A stretch of DNA of 64,000 bases from Chloroflexota bacterium (lineage in GTDB: Bacteria; Chloroflexota; Dehalococcoidia; Lucifugimonadales; JADFKI01): the NCBI GenBank assembly GCA_027623195.1, contig JAQBUT010000008.1, positions 31,015-95,014 on the forward strand, in the 5' to 3' direction. The notes under the pieces were generated by a model that worked only from the letters and a program-made list of their open reading frames with translations, was not told the origin of the DNA and did not search any database. Both the position numbers and the translations under genes were made by a program. This document shows, piece after piece, positions 29,552 through 39,330 of the stretch. Each line of letters opens with the position of its first letter. The first letter of the stretch is position 1.

Positions 29552-31396
29552 TTACTCAGCCAGCGCGTTGCCCTCGGTTAACGCAGGGTCCAGTTGCCGT
29601 TCCTCTTCGTTGGCCGTGATCTGAATATGCAGGTCCTCTAGCTGTGACTGCTCGACCACGTTTGGCGCTTCGAACAGCGGGTCGAAACCGCTCTGGGTCT
29701 TGGGGAAGGCGATGACGTCGCGGATGTTGTCTTTACCCATCAACACCATGAGCAGGCGGTCTATGCCGGGGGCGATGCCGCCGTGAGGTGGCGTTCCATA
29801 CTCGAATGCAGTCAGCAATTGGTCGAAACGCTCGGCCACCTGCTCCTTGCTGTACCCCAGCACCTTGAAGACCCGCTCCTGAAGCTCCCGTTTGTGGATT
29901 CGAATGCTCCCGCTGGCCAACTCAGACCCGTTAGCCACCAGGTCGTACAACTTGCCCAATACCCTGCCGGGGTCGGTCTCTAAGAACTGCTCGTGGCCTT
30001 CTTTGGGCATGGAGAAGGCGTGATGCATGGCGTCCCAGGTGCCATCATCATCGTTGTACTCGAAAAGAGGGAAGTCGGTTACGAATGCAAGTGCCACCTG
30101 GTTGGGGTCCGCTAGTCCCAATCGCTGACCCATCTCATGACGCAGGAGGCTTAGAGCAAGGTTGGTGCTCTTGGCAGGCCCCGCCACGATAAGCATCATG
30201 TCGCCGGGTTGGGCCTCCACCCTGCGGGCCATCTCCTTCACCTGCTCGACGGTAAGAAAGCGCGATGCTCCGGACCTGATCTGCTCCTCTGTGAGATCGT
30301 CAAGGTCACCTTCACCGGTCAGGGAGATGGTCACCAGCCCTTGGGCTCCTCTCGCCTTAACGAAGTCGATTAACTCGTCGGTCTGCCTGCGGGAGTACGT
30401 GGCGCAGCCTGGAGCGTTGAAGCCCTTGACTATGCCTCCGCTTTCCACCACAGAGGTGAATACGCGAAACTCCGTCTGGGTGCCGACATCAGAAAGATCG
30501 GCCATATCCAGGTCGAAACGCATGTCCGGCTTGTCAGTGCCGTATAACGCCATGGACTCTTCATAGGTAAGCCGGGGAAATGGCTTGACCAGCCACTTTT
30601 CTGGAAACAGGGCCTCTATGAGCTTGGTGTACAGCTCTTCGATGAGGTTGAGGACGTCGTCCTCCTCCACGAAGCTCATTTCGAGGTCAAGCTGCGTATG
30701 CTCTGGCTGCCTGTCTGCGCGCGGGTCTTCGTCTCGGAAACACCTGGCAATCTGAAAATAGCGCTCCACGCCTGCCGCCATAAGAAGTTGCTTTAGCTGT
30801 TGCGGTGATTGAGGCAGGGCGTAAAACCGGCCTGGATAGAGCCTACTGGGCACCAGATAGTCGCGGGCGCCTTCGGGCGTGCTCTTGATCAGAATGGGTG
30901 TCTCGATCTCCAAAAAGCCACGCTCATCCAGAAAATCCCTTATGAACTTGACCACCTTGTGCCGCATGATAATCATGTCGCGCATGGCGGGCCGACGCAG
31001 GTCCATGTATCGATACTTTAGACGAATAAACTCGTCCACCTCGCTCTCCTCGTTGATGTAGAAGGGAGGGGTCTTGGACTCATTCAGTACGGTTATCTGG
31101 TTTATGGCGACTTCAATCTGTCCGGTAGGAAGGTTTGGGTTTTCGCTGCCTTCGGGTCGTTTGGTTACTTCGCCTATGACCTGAACAACCCATTCGCTCC
31201 TTAGCTGTTCGGCTATGCCGTGTGCCTCCGGAGCGTTTTCGGGGTTGAATACCACCTGCACAAGACCTTCGCGGTCTCGCAAATCTATGAAGATAAGGCT
31301 CCCGTGGTCCCTGCGGCGGTTAACCCACCCGGCCAGGGTTACAGTTTTACCTATGTGTTCGGCGCGCACGTCGCCACAGCTGATGGTCTTAAGCAA
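29552..31396 (-). CDS. aspS: Aspartate--tRNA ligase, likely non-discriminating (Asp/Asn)
   Basis: GWVNRRRDHG, STPEGARDYLVP, LPQSPQ..KQ, FRDED.RADRQPE, PPHGG.A.GIDR. The RRDH and RPEG signatures match ND-AspRS. Confidence 0.98.
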   Translation of the reverse strand: MLKTISCGDVRAEHIGKTVTLAGWVNRRRDHGSLIFIDLRDREGLVQVVFNPENAPEAHGIAEQLRSEWVVQVIGEVTKRPEGSENPNLPTGQIEVAINQITVLNESKTPPFYINEESEVDEFIRLKYRYMDLRRPAMRDMIIMRHKVVKFIRDFLDERGFLEIETPILIKSTPEGARDYLVPSRLYPGRFYALPQSPQQLKQLLMAAGVERYFQIARCFRDEDPRADRQPEHTQLDLEMSFVEEDDVLNLIEELYTKLIEALFPEKWLVKPFPRLTYEESMALYGTDKPDMRFDLDMADLSDVGTQTEFRVFTSVVESGGIVKGFNAPGCATYSRRQTDELIDFVKARGAQGLVTISLTGEGDLDDLTEEQIRSGASRFLTVEQVKEMARRVEAQPGDMMLIVAGPAKSTNLALSLLRHEMGQRLGLADPNQVALAFVTDFPLFEYNDDDGTWDAMHHAFSMPKEGHEQFLETDPGRVLGKLYDLVANGSELASGSIRIHKRELQERVFKVLGYSKEQVAERFDQLLTAFEYGTPPHGGIAPGIDRLLMVLMGKDNIRDVIAFPKTQSGFDPLFEAPNVVEQSQLEDLHIQITANEEERQLDPALTEGNALAE

Positions 31397-31614
31397 GGTC
31401 GTATCCCCTTCGGAAGTGTATTGAGGTGGTTAACGCCGATTCATAGGTTAAGCACCCGCCTGGCGGGCCAGGGATGGGCGCACTATCGCCTGGAATCGGT
31501 ACCTTTTGTCTGGAGATTATACAGGTTTTCGAGGTAGGCAGGCCAAATAATGGCGTCCTGGTTTTGCGGGAGGGCACCATTATTTAATGATTGCGGTTGG
31601 GATGGGGACCACGG

Positions 31615-32055
31615 CTAGCCGCCTGAGCCGAATCCTCGCTTCTTCACGGTAAGATTCACGAAGGTTTCGGTGCGCCGGACGCCGGCAATTGCGCCTATCT
31701 TGGTTCGTAGGAAGATTCCGAGGTCCTCGGCCGTAGGAAGCGCCGTCCAGGCGAAGACGTCGTAAGCGCCCGTGGTGACGGCAACCCAGGCTACCTCATC
31801 CAGCTTGGATATGTCTTCTGCAACGCTGTCAACCTTGTCTGGGTCGACTGTTACCCCTACAAGGGCTTCAGGCCTATACCCAAGCTTGCCGGGGTCCAGC
31901 ATTGCGATTACGTGGATATACTCTTCATCGATTAATCGCTTGAGTCTTCTTCTTACTGTCCCTTCGCTGACGCCGACTCTTCTGGCAATTCCAGAATTAG
32001 ATGCTCTCCCGTCTTCTTGGAGGATCGAGATTATATTTGAGTCCAAATCATCCAT
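31615..32055 (-). CDS. Lrp/AsnC family transcriptional regulator
   Basis: MDDLD..II..LQEDGR....IAR.VGVSEGTVRRR HTH plus RAM domain (TGAYD). Confidence 0.95.
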   Translation of the reverse strand: MDDLDSNIISILQEDGRASNSGIARRVGVSEGTVRRRLKRLIDEEYIHVIAMLDPGKLGYRPEALVGVTVDPDKVDSVAEDISKLDEVAWVAVTTGAYDVFAWTALPTAEDLGIFLRTKIGAIAGVRRTETFVNLTVKKRGFGSGG

Positions 32056-32343
32056 ATTTCAAAGCACCTAGAAAAGTCACGCTATTGGCCCGAATCATAC
32101 CTATTCTGGAAGAATATGTCAATGACGGTCCTTTAGTACGGTGTAAATATTGGAGCCTAAATTCATCTGCCTTCAACCCGAATTCTACCATTTTGGAGGC
32201 TGTATGTTGTCAAGTAGTGACACGAACAACATTCGTGCAAAGCTAACGATGGCTTAACTATTTGGTGTGGTAAGGGTGTTGGCTAATGCTGCACAGTCTG
32301 GAGGGAGAATTCTCTATACCGCAGTGAGCAGGCGGCGGCGTTG

Positions 32344-32847
32344 CTAGAAGCGGCGAATGGATAGCCAGAATGCTGCGGCGATTCCCATGACCAGCATCAG
32401 CGGAAGGTGCCCCAAGACGCTGATTATTGCGAGGGTTAATGGGAAGGAAGCCAATAACATGCTGCCGGAGCTTACGAATTTTAAGGTTCGACCCTTCTTC
32501 CGATTTACCGAAAAGGAGACTGCTTCTCCTATGGCGTAGCCTATACCCGCCACTATGGCGACGTGCAGGTATGGGAACAGGAATGGCACGAAGAGGAGGA
32601 TGGGGTTTAAAAACCAGAAAGCGAGACCCAATGCAAACGCTGATACAACACCTGCTGCGATTCCCCTGGCCAGATAAGCGGGAGTAACGTTGTACGTTGG
32701 TATCGGGGTTGTTCTCGCGCATGTAGGGCAGCGGGCGCCCACGGGCGTTTGCACCATGCAGTCCGTGCAGATGAACTCATCGCAACGGCTGCACCTGAGG
32801 TTGGTCTCGTTTCGAGGGTTCCTGGGGCAGTAATTAAGCTGAGACAT
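32344..32847 (-). CDS. B-box-like zinc finger plus membrane protein
   Basis: CxxxPxxETxLRCxxCxxxICxxCMxxTPVGxRCxxC followed by about 4 TM segments. Confidence 0.75.
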   Translation of the reverse strand: MSQLNYCPRNPRNETNLRCSRCDEFICTDCMVQTPVGARCPTCARTTPIPTYNVTPAYLARGIAAGVVSAFALGLAFWFLNPILLFVPFLFPYLHVAIVAGIGYAIGEAVSFSVNRKKGRTLKFVSSGSMLLASFPLTLAIISVLGHLPLMLVMGIAAAFWLSIRRF

Positions 32848-32871
32848 GTTTTTGTGCCTGAGTATTGCCGC

Positions 32872-33555
32872 TTAAAATTTGTCTGGTACGTCGGGAAGAC
32901 GTTGAGTCCATTGGTCTTTTCTGGCCACGTCTCTATCCCATAAAACGCGATACAGATAAACCAGATAGCGCCCTTGCCGTCGATCCGGCGGTTCCCAGTT
33001 GGCTGTCAGCCGCTTGGCAAACAGCAACACGGCTATGAGTATCGACATGACCATGATTTCGGTGGGGCGCTGAAAAAGGTAAGCCATAACCGGTAGCGCT
33101 ATCAGCGATACAAATGTCCAGAATCCTGTGTCTTTGAAGATCAGCCTTCCCAGTCCGCCTAAGACAATACCAAGTATAAGCCAATCGGGCCATAACCAGA
33201 AGACCAGGAGTAGACCGATTGCAGTGGCCACTCCTCGCCCCCCGGTGAATTTCAGAAATGGCGACCAGTTGTGTCCTGCCACGGCCGCGAGCCCAACACC
33301 CACCTGAACAGCCAGGCTCTGGTCCAACAACCTGGCCGCCAACACCGGCAGAATCCCCTTGCCAACGCAGTCGAATGTCCCTATAAGGATTCCCGTGACG
33401 GAGCCCATTTGCGACAACGCATTAGAAGCGCCGACGTTTCCGGACCCATAATTTCGTATATCGATGCCGAACCTGTAACGGGCAACAAGAAAAGATGTGG
33501 GAATACCTCCCCACAGGTAGGCCGCCAAGATGAATCCTAGGCCGGTAATTGACAT
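32872..33555 (-). CDS. plsY: Glycerol-3-phosphate acyltransferase PlsY
   Basis: YLxGxIP, DIR.YGSGNVGASN, D..KG, GHNW..F..F.GGRGVAT. Confidence 0.9.
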   Translation of the reverse strand: MSITGLGFILAAYLWGGIPTSFLVARYRFGIDIRNYGSGNVGASNALSQMGSVTGILIGTFDCVGKGILPVLAARLLDQSLAVQVGVGLAAVAGHNWSPFLKFTGGRGVATAIGLLLVFWLWPDWLILGIVLGGLGRLIFKDTGFWTFVSLIALPVMAYLFQRPTEIMVMSILIAVLLFAKRLTANWEPPDRRQGRYLVYLYRVLWDRDVARKDQWTQRLPDVPDKF

Positions 33556-33710
33556 GCGCCCGCCAGATTTGAACGATTCGTGGACGTAGCATAGCTAACG
33601 AAGGTATCTATTAGAAAGGGTTTCCCGCGAAGACCCTAGATGGAAGATAGCGTTACAAGCCTTGGCAGCAGTCCGACGTGCCCGACGAGGCGGCTCTTTG
33701 GCCAGCCTGC

Positions 33711-34574
33711 CTACATTCGGTCCTTTGCTACCTCTAGCGCCTCTACTGTGGAAAGGGGAGGGCCTGCCATGCCAGGTTCGGGTTCGTCTGGGTTACCCGA
33801 CGCGTGGTAATCGCTGCCGCCGCATGGGATCAGATCGAATTTTTCTGATAGCTCCTTCAAATAGCTTATCTGGTGCGGGGTGTAGTCCCCGTAATAAACT
33901 TCCATTCCAACCAGACCTGCCTCCTTGAGGCCTGCCAGCGTCTCTGTAAGAGATCCGACCTCGTCTCTGTCCGATTTCGATGCAGAGTAGGTCGGGTGGG
34001 CCATTACTGGCACAGCGCCGTGGTGCAGCAGGAGCTTTATCGCGTCTTCCGGGGTTAGTTTCATACGCTCCACGTACGCCGGACCCTCTCGCCCGATGTA
34101 CTTGTCGAAGGCGTCTTTGGGGTACTCGACGTAGCCCGCCTCAACAAGAGCGCTGGCGATGTGGGGACGCCCTATAGAAGCCTCGCCTGCAATCTCCTTA
34201 ACTCGCTCCCAAGTTATGTTTATGTCCATCTCGTTGAGCTTCTTTACCATGCCCTCTGCCCTGCCCTCGCGGCTGTCTCGGAAGGTTTGGAGCACCTTCT
34301 GGAGTTCTGAGTCATTGTGGTCGACAAAGTAGCCCAGAACGTGAATCTCGCCGCCTGGTACGTCGGTGCTCAGCTCGATACCAGGGATAATCTTCAGGTC
34401 TGGATGCGACTTGGCCACTTCGAAGGTCTCCGGCAGGCCATTGGTGGTGTCGTGATCGCTTATGGAGATTACCTTCAAACCTCGTTCGACGCACAGGTTA
34501 ATCAACGCTGTGGGCGTCATGGTGCCGTCGGAGAATGTGGTGTGTAGGTGCAAATCGGCTTCAATTTCTGGCAT
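33711..34574 (-). CDS. PHP-domain phosphoesterase (TrpH/YciV-like)
   Basis: DLHLHT..SDG, SDHDT, GIELS, HVLGY, GRPHIA, AHP, GGSDYH. Confidence 0.93.
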   Translation of the reverse strand: MPEIEADLHLHTTFSDGTMTPTALINLCVERGLKVISISDHDTTNGLPETFEVAKSHPDLKIIPGIELSTDVPGGEIHVLGYFVDHNDSELQKVLQTFRDSREGRAEGMVKKLNEMDINITWERVKEIAGEASIGRPHIASALVEAGYVEYPKDAFDKYIGREGPAYVERMKLTPEDAIKLLLHHGAVPVMAHPTYSASKSDRDEVGSLTETLAGLKEAGLVGMEVYYGDYTPHQISYLKELSEKFDLIPCGGSDYHASGNPDEPEPGMAGPPLSTVEALEVAKDRM

Positions 34575-34579
34575 TGGTG

Positions 34580-35350
34580 TTAATTTAACTCCCTGTCAAT
34601 TCGCGATATAGCTGTTGCGCCACCGGTTGAATCATCGATCTCAATTAGTACGCTGTTAAATCTAATAGGCCCCTTGGTGACGATACGTAACCTCTGGGGC
34701 GTCTGCTGTAGGAATCTCGTCAGTACGTCCTCGGGTTCGGCCCCTATTATTGAGTGTAGCGGCCCTACCATGCCAAGGTCGCTAACGAAAGCCGTTCCTT
34801 TGGGCAATATCTTTGTGTCGGCTGTCGGTACGTGTGTGTGAGTTCCAACCATTGCACTTACGCGACCATCTAGATACCAGCCCATCGCCTCTTTTTCGGA
34901 GCTGGCCTTGGCGTGTAGGTCAACGATGATGGTCTTCGCCTGGCCAGACATCTCCTCCAATAGGGCGTCCATGGCCCTGAAGGGGCAGTCAAAGTTACCC
35001 ACGAAGACTCTACCGATCAGGTTGACGATTAGCACGTCGCCGAACTGGATGTACCCTCTGCCTGGAGTGTCCGGAGGGTAGTTAAGTGGCCGAGCTATCT
35101 TCAAATCTGAGTCCAGGTGGGGGATTATCTCCTTCTGGTCCCAGATGTGGTTGCCGGATGTGATGCCGTCTACGCCGGAGGAGAACATTTCGGTGGCTGT
35201 GCGCAGGTTGAGTCCGAAGCCTCCCGCAGCGTTCTCTCCGTTGGCGATTACCAGGTCAAGACCCAGCTCGCTGCGTAGTTCGGGTAGCAAGGTGGCGATG
35301 GCCTTGCGCCCCAGACGTCCCACTACGTCGCCAATCATCAATATCCGCAA
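34580..35350 (-). CDS. ymdB: YmdB / TIGR00282 metallophosphoesterase
   Basis: GDVVG..G, NGEN.AGG.G, TSGNHIWD, RPLNYP, GTHTHV.TAD, D.GM.GP; syntenic with rny. Confidence 0.93.
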   Translation of the reverse strand: MRILMIGDVVGRLGRKAIATLLPELRSELGLDLVIANGENAAGGFGLNLRTATEMFSSGVDGITSGNHIWDQKEIIPHLDSDLKIARPLNYPPDTPGRGYIQFGDVLIVNLIGRVFVGNFDCPFRAMDALLEEMSGQAKTIIVDLHAKASSEKEAMGWYLDGRVSAMVGTHTHVPTADTKILPKGTAFVSDLGMVGPLHSIIGAEPEDVLTRFLQQTPQRLRIVTKGPIRFNSVLIEIDDSTGGATAISRIDRELN

Positions 35351-35405
35351 ATGATTGACCTATTCTCGTCCAAAGGCCAGGAGGGCCTGGGATTCGCGAG
35401 CACAC

Positions 35406-35443
35406 AAAGGCCGCCGAGATATGCTTTACAACTCTCGACGGCC
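35406..35443 (-). terminator. Hairpin after rny, possible terminator or attenuator
   Basis: On -: ggccgtcgaga...tctcggcggcc followed by tttgtgt. Confidence 0.5.
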
Positions 35444-35461
35444 TCACTCAATTTACTTCAA

Positions 35462-36991
35462 TTAACGGGCGTACTCGATAGACCTGCTCTCTCGAATTAC
35501 CGTTACTTTTATCTGCCCAGGATACACCAAGGTGTCCTCGATCTTTTTGACCACGTCACGGGCTATTTTCGAAGCTGTGGCGTCGTCTACTTCCGTCGGC
35601 TGCACCATGATGCGTACCTCTCGCCCAGCCTGTATGGCGAAGCACTTCTCCACGCCTTCGAAGGCGCGACCAACGTCTTCCAAGGCCTGAAGCCGCTTGA
35701 TGTAATTCTCCACGGTGTCCTTGCGGGACCCTGGCCTTGCGGCGCTTATGGCATCAGCAGCAGCGACGATAAACGCCTCAGTGCTGCTCATGAAATCGTT
35801 GTGGTGCTCGGCGATGCATGCGCATATTGCCTTGCCTACGTTATGCCTGGTGGCTATGTCTGCACCTATCTCGGCGTGAGGGCCTTCCACCTCGTGGGTC
35901 AAGGCCTTGCCCAGGTCATGCAGTAAGCCGCCAGCCTTGGCTATCTTTACGTTCGCACCAATCTCAGAGGCGATCATACCCGACAGGTGGGCAACTTCTA
36001 TGCTGTGTTGCAGCACGTTCTCGCCGTAACTGTACCGGTACTTTAACCGTCCAAGTAGCCGGATGATGTCCGCATTAAGTCCGCGTACGCCTACATCGAA
36101 AACGGCTGCCTCGCCGCTCTTCCAGATGCTGTCCGCGACCTCTTTCTCTGCCTTGGCCACCATCTCCTCGATGCGGGCCGGATGGATCCGTCCATCAGCC
36201 ACTAATGTGGTGATTGCCAATCTTGCAACTTCCCTACGAATCGGGTCGAAGCAAGACAGCGTTACTGCTTCTGGCGTGTCGTCTATTATCAGGTCGACAC
36301 CCGTATATTTCTCTATGGCTCTTATGTTCCGTCCCTCTCGGCCTATAAGACGACCTTTCATGTCGTCATTGGGAAGGGGTACTGATGTTAGGGTCACATC
36401 AGATACAACATCTGCAGCTAGTCGGTGAATTGCCAGGGCCAGGATACTTCTGGCCTTGTCGTTGGCCTCCTCCTTGGCCTGTTCCTCAACGTTACGGTAT
36501 TGGACAGCAAGCTCGTGCTTTATGTCCTCTTCCGCGCGACGCATGAGAATCTCTTTCGCCTCATCGATGGGGAGATTGGCTATCTCCTCCAGTTGCTGAA
36601 GCTCACTCTGGCGAAGCTCTTCCAGCGATTGTTCTAACTTCTCGGCTTCCTTTTCTTTAACAGTGAGAATTTTCTCTCTACGTTCTAAGTTGTTTGCGCG
36701 CCGTTCGACGTTCTCTTCTCGATTGGACACGCGAGTTTCAGTTCTCTGGAGTTCTGAGCGTCGTTCCCTGAGTTCCGAATCGGCTTCGCTACGCACTCTT
36801 ATGGCCTCTTCCTTTGCCTCAATTATGACTGCGCGCTTCTGCTCGTTGGCGTCCTCCAGGACCTTCTCTGCTTCCGACTTTGCTGCTGCGTAGCGCCTAT
36901 TGTCGTTGATTCGTCTGACGAGAAAGGCGCCAATAGCCCCTATTACCAGGCCGATCAGGACGGCGAGTATCGCTGCGATGGCGATTTCCAC
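35462..36991 (-). CDS. rny: Ribonuclease Y
   Basis: N-terminal TM, coiled coil, KH domain (KGRLIGREGRNIR), HD domain (LLHDLGK). GTG start after AGGAGG preferred over the track start 37081. Confidence 0.97.
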   Translation of the reverse strand: MEIAIAAILAVLIGLVIGAIGAFLVRRINDNRRYAAAKSEAEKVLEDANEQKRAVIIEAKEEAIRVRSEADSELRERRSELQRTETRVSNREENVERRANNLERREKILTVKEKEAEKLEQSLEELRQSELQQLEEIANLPIDEAKEILMRRAEEDIKHELAVQYRNVEEQAKEEANDKARSILALAIHRLAADVVSDVTLTSVPLPNDDMKGRLIGREGRNIRAIEKYTGVDLIIDDTPEAVTLSCFDPIRREVARLAITTLVADGRIHPARIEEMVAKAEKEVADSIWKSGEAAVFDVGVRGLNADIIRLLGRLKYRYSYGENVLQHSIEVAHLSGMIASEIGANVKIAKAGGLLHDLGKALTHEVEGPHAEIGADIATRHNVGKAICACIAEHHNDFMSSTEAFIVAAADAISAARPGSRKDTVENYIKRLQALEDVGRAFEGVEKCFAIQAGREVRIMVQPTEVDDATASKIARDVVKKIEDTLVYPGQIKVTVIRESRSIEYAR

Positions 36992-37295
36992 GTTACTCAC
37001 CCTCCTATATAAATATTCGTACGCTAGTTTACCTAGGACGTCCGATAATCTCATGTTATCGGCGGCGCCAAATAGTGTCAAGGTTAGCCACTACGATGAA
37101 CCGCGTTATTCGGTCAGTCATCGGTGCGCTAACCTTTCGGAAATCCGCGTCGTTATGCCGGCTTTTTGGCCGTTTTGGCCTCTCGGCTTGACGAACTACG
37201 CCGCCGCCGATACATTTGCTTTCGCAATCTGTCGAGAAAAGGACTGGGCTTTTTTCGAACTAGCCCAAGATTCGACAACTATGAGAGGTAGGCGA

Positions 37296-38054
37296 ATGGC
37301 GAATCGACTGAAGGAAAAATTGAAGGCGGGTGAACCGGCCTTTGGTGTATCAGTGATGTTCCCTTCACCGCAGATCGTGGAAATGGTCGGCAAACTCGGT
37401 TTCGACTGGGTGATGATCGACTGCGAGCACGGCAGCATATCTCCTGAGAGCATCGAGACCATGGCCATGGCCGCAGAATTGACCGGTATAACCCCTATCG
37501 TCAGGCCTTGGACCAACTCTGCCGAGGCCATTCTCCGAGTCATGGACAGGGGAGCAATGGGAGTGCAGGTCCCCCACGTCAACACGGCGGACGATGCCAG
37601 AAGGGCCGTCAGAGCGGTGAAGTACCATCCGCAAGGGGAACGGGGTCTCGCAGCAGGCAGCAGACCCGCCAACTACGGCTTTGGCATACCGATGTCGGAA
37701 TACGTTGTGCAGGCAAACGCCGACACGCTGGTATGCGTGCAACTGGAGGAGGAGGAGGCGCTGCGGAATATCGACGAGATACTGAAGGTTGAGGGCGTGG
37801 ACGTGTTTTTCGTCGGGCCTTCGGACCTCTCTCAGTCCATGGGTTACCCCGGCCGGTCGGGTGAGCCCGTGGTAAAGCAGGCCATGGACGAGGCCTTCTC
37901 CGCGATTGTGGCGGCGGGAATGGCACCTGGTTCGGCCGGCAATGCGCAGGCTACGAGGGGCTACCTGGAACAGGGCGTCCAGTACCTCTACACGCACCTG
38001 ACTACGTTGCTCGGGAGCGCCAGCTCGGACTTTCTTGGCTCCGTCAAAGGGTAA
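37296..38054 (+). CDS. HpcH/HpaI aldolase family protein
   Basis: GFDWVMIDCEHG, D.GA.GV.VP, KY.P.G.RG, Q.E....L.NIDEI..V.GVD..FVGPSDLS. Confidence 0.93.
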   Translation: MANRLKEKLKAGEPAFGVSVMFPSPQIVEMVGKLGFDWVMIDCEHGSISPESIETMAMAAELTGITPIVRPWTNSAEAILRVMDRGAMGVQVPHVNTADDARRAVRAVKYHPQGERGLAAGSRPANYGFGIPMSEYVVQANADTLVCVQLEEEEALRNIDEILKVEGVDVFFVGPSDLSQSMGYPGRSGEPVVKQAMDEAFSAIVAAGMAPGSAGNAQATRGYLEQGVQYLYTHLTTLLGSASSDFLGSVKG

Positions 38055-38209
38055 CCATTCTGTCGTCGGGGTATAATGTCGAAAATGCCAGTCTGCGGCT
38101 GGTGTAGATCAAATCCGTGCCACTTCACTTATCGGCAGGCCAGAGGCTGTTCTATGAGTCCGTTGAGCCGCCGGATATCTGGGGGACACATAAAAGGTAG
38201 GAATGCGAT

Positions 38210-38641
38210 ATGGCCGCTGCCCAGGATGGCGACACCGTTAAAGTACATTATGTTGGAACTCTGGATGATGGCTCCCAGTTCGACTCCTCACGGGAACGAC
38301 AGGAGCCACTGGAGTTTACGATTGGCCTAGGCCAGATGATACCTGGCTTTGAGAAGGCTGTGCTCGGCATGGAGCGGGGAGATGCTCTGACCGTAACGAT
38401 TCCGGCTGAGGAGGCCTACGGTCCAAAGGATGCCAGCGCGATGATGCTGGTAGAGCGGGCGAACCTTCCCAATGATGTGAATATCGAAGTAGGCCTTCGC
38501 CTTCAGGGTCAGCGCGCTAACGGCGCTACTGCGGTGTTTACCGTGGTTGAGGTGGCGTCGTCCACCGTTACGCTGGACGGCAACCATCCCTTGGCTGGCC
38601 GAGACCTCACGTTCGAGATAGAACTGGTGGAGATCATGTAA
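38210..38641 (+). CDS. slyD: FKBP-type peptidyl-prolyl isomerase, SlyD-like, no His-rich tail
   Basis: V.VHY.GTLDDGSQFDSS, G.GQMIPGFE, EEAYG, LDGNHPLAG..LTFEIEL. Confidence 0.9.
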   Translation: MAAAQDGDTVKVHYVGTLDDGSQFDSSRERQEPLEFTIGLGQMIPGFEKAVLGMERGDALTVTIPAEEAYGPKDASAMMLVERANLPNDVNIEVGLRLQGQRANGATAVFTVVEVASSTVTLDGNHPLAGRDLTFEIELVEIM

Positions 38642-38647
38642 TCGGGC

Positions 38648-39184
38648 TCAGTCCCCAGCGGGCTCACGCATGGATTGCCCCGCCGAGATGCCAGCGGCTC
38701 TCCTCTGGGCCATAGCGCGGCGCTTCCTGCGCCAACGGACTATTTTCCATATGTTGGGTTCGAAGTTGGACCAGAAAGGGGCTGGCCCCACGTCAGGGTC
38801 CGGTCCGGTGCTTTTGTGCAGCCATTCACTTCTGAACTTGCGGTAAATCCTGTAGCTTAGGAAGTATGTCCAGGGATAGGTCGAGTTCAGCAGATGGTCG
38901 CTGGTGACGTGACCGACGTAGCCCAGGACAGCGGCCAGAAATATGGGATGCTGCCAAAACAGCAGAGATGCCAAAAGTAGGACTACCAGTTCCCAAGCAT
39001 GCAGCAGCACGATCATGTGCTTTCTGTAGCCCTGGTACATCCAGTCGATCCAGTCCAGCAGGTGATCGCCGTCAATCAGCACTCCCGTGACGATTGCAGC
39101 CGGTACGGCCGCCGGGTAACCCGTGGCCTGCCACACGGTTACGCCTATGGCTGTGGAAAGCGCTGTATGCCCGATGGGACCCAA
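38648..39184 (-). CDS. Membrane protein, putative metal-dependent hydrolase (YdjM-like)
   Basis: H near the N-terminus, LIDxDH, LHAWE, GY..H..xD motifs with TM segments. Confidence 0.6.
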   Translation of the reverse strand: MGPIGHTALSTAIGVTVWQATGYPAAVPAAIVTGVLIDGDHLLDWIDWMYQGYRKHMIVLLHAWELVVLLLASLLFWQHPIFLAAVLGYVGHVTSDHLLNSTYPWTYFLSYRIYRKFRSEWLHKSTGPDPDVGPAPFWSNFEPNIWKIVRWRRKRRAMAQRRAAGISAGQSMREPAGD

Positions 39185-39330
39185 TTCAGAAGCACCTCTG
39201 GAAAGCTGACTGATTCTGCAGTGTACGGTTCATCGCCGAATACCCGTCTGACAAACTAATAAACTAACCGACTTGTTTCCGAACCGTCCAAGGCAAATAC
39301 TTTGGTCCGTTGTCGGTCCCCTACACTAGC

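Noticed and set aside
36900..37295. Long N-terminal extensions of the aldolase and rny ORFs suggesting overlapping divergent genes
   Set aside because: Artefact of first-start ORF calling. RBS-supported starts at 36991 (-) and 37296 (+) remove the overlap.
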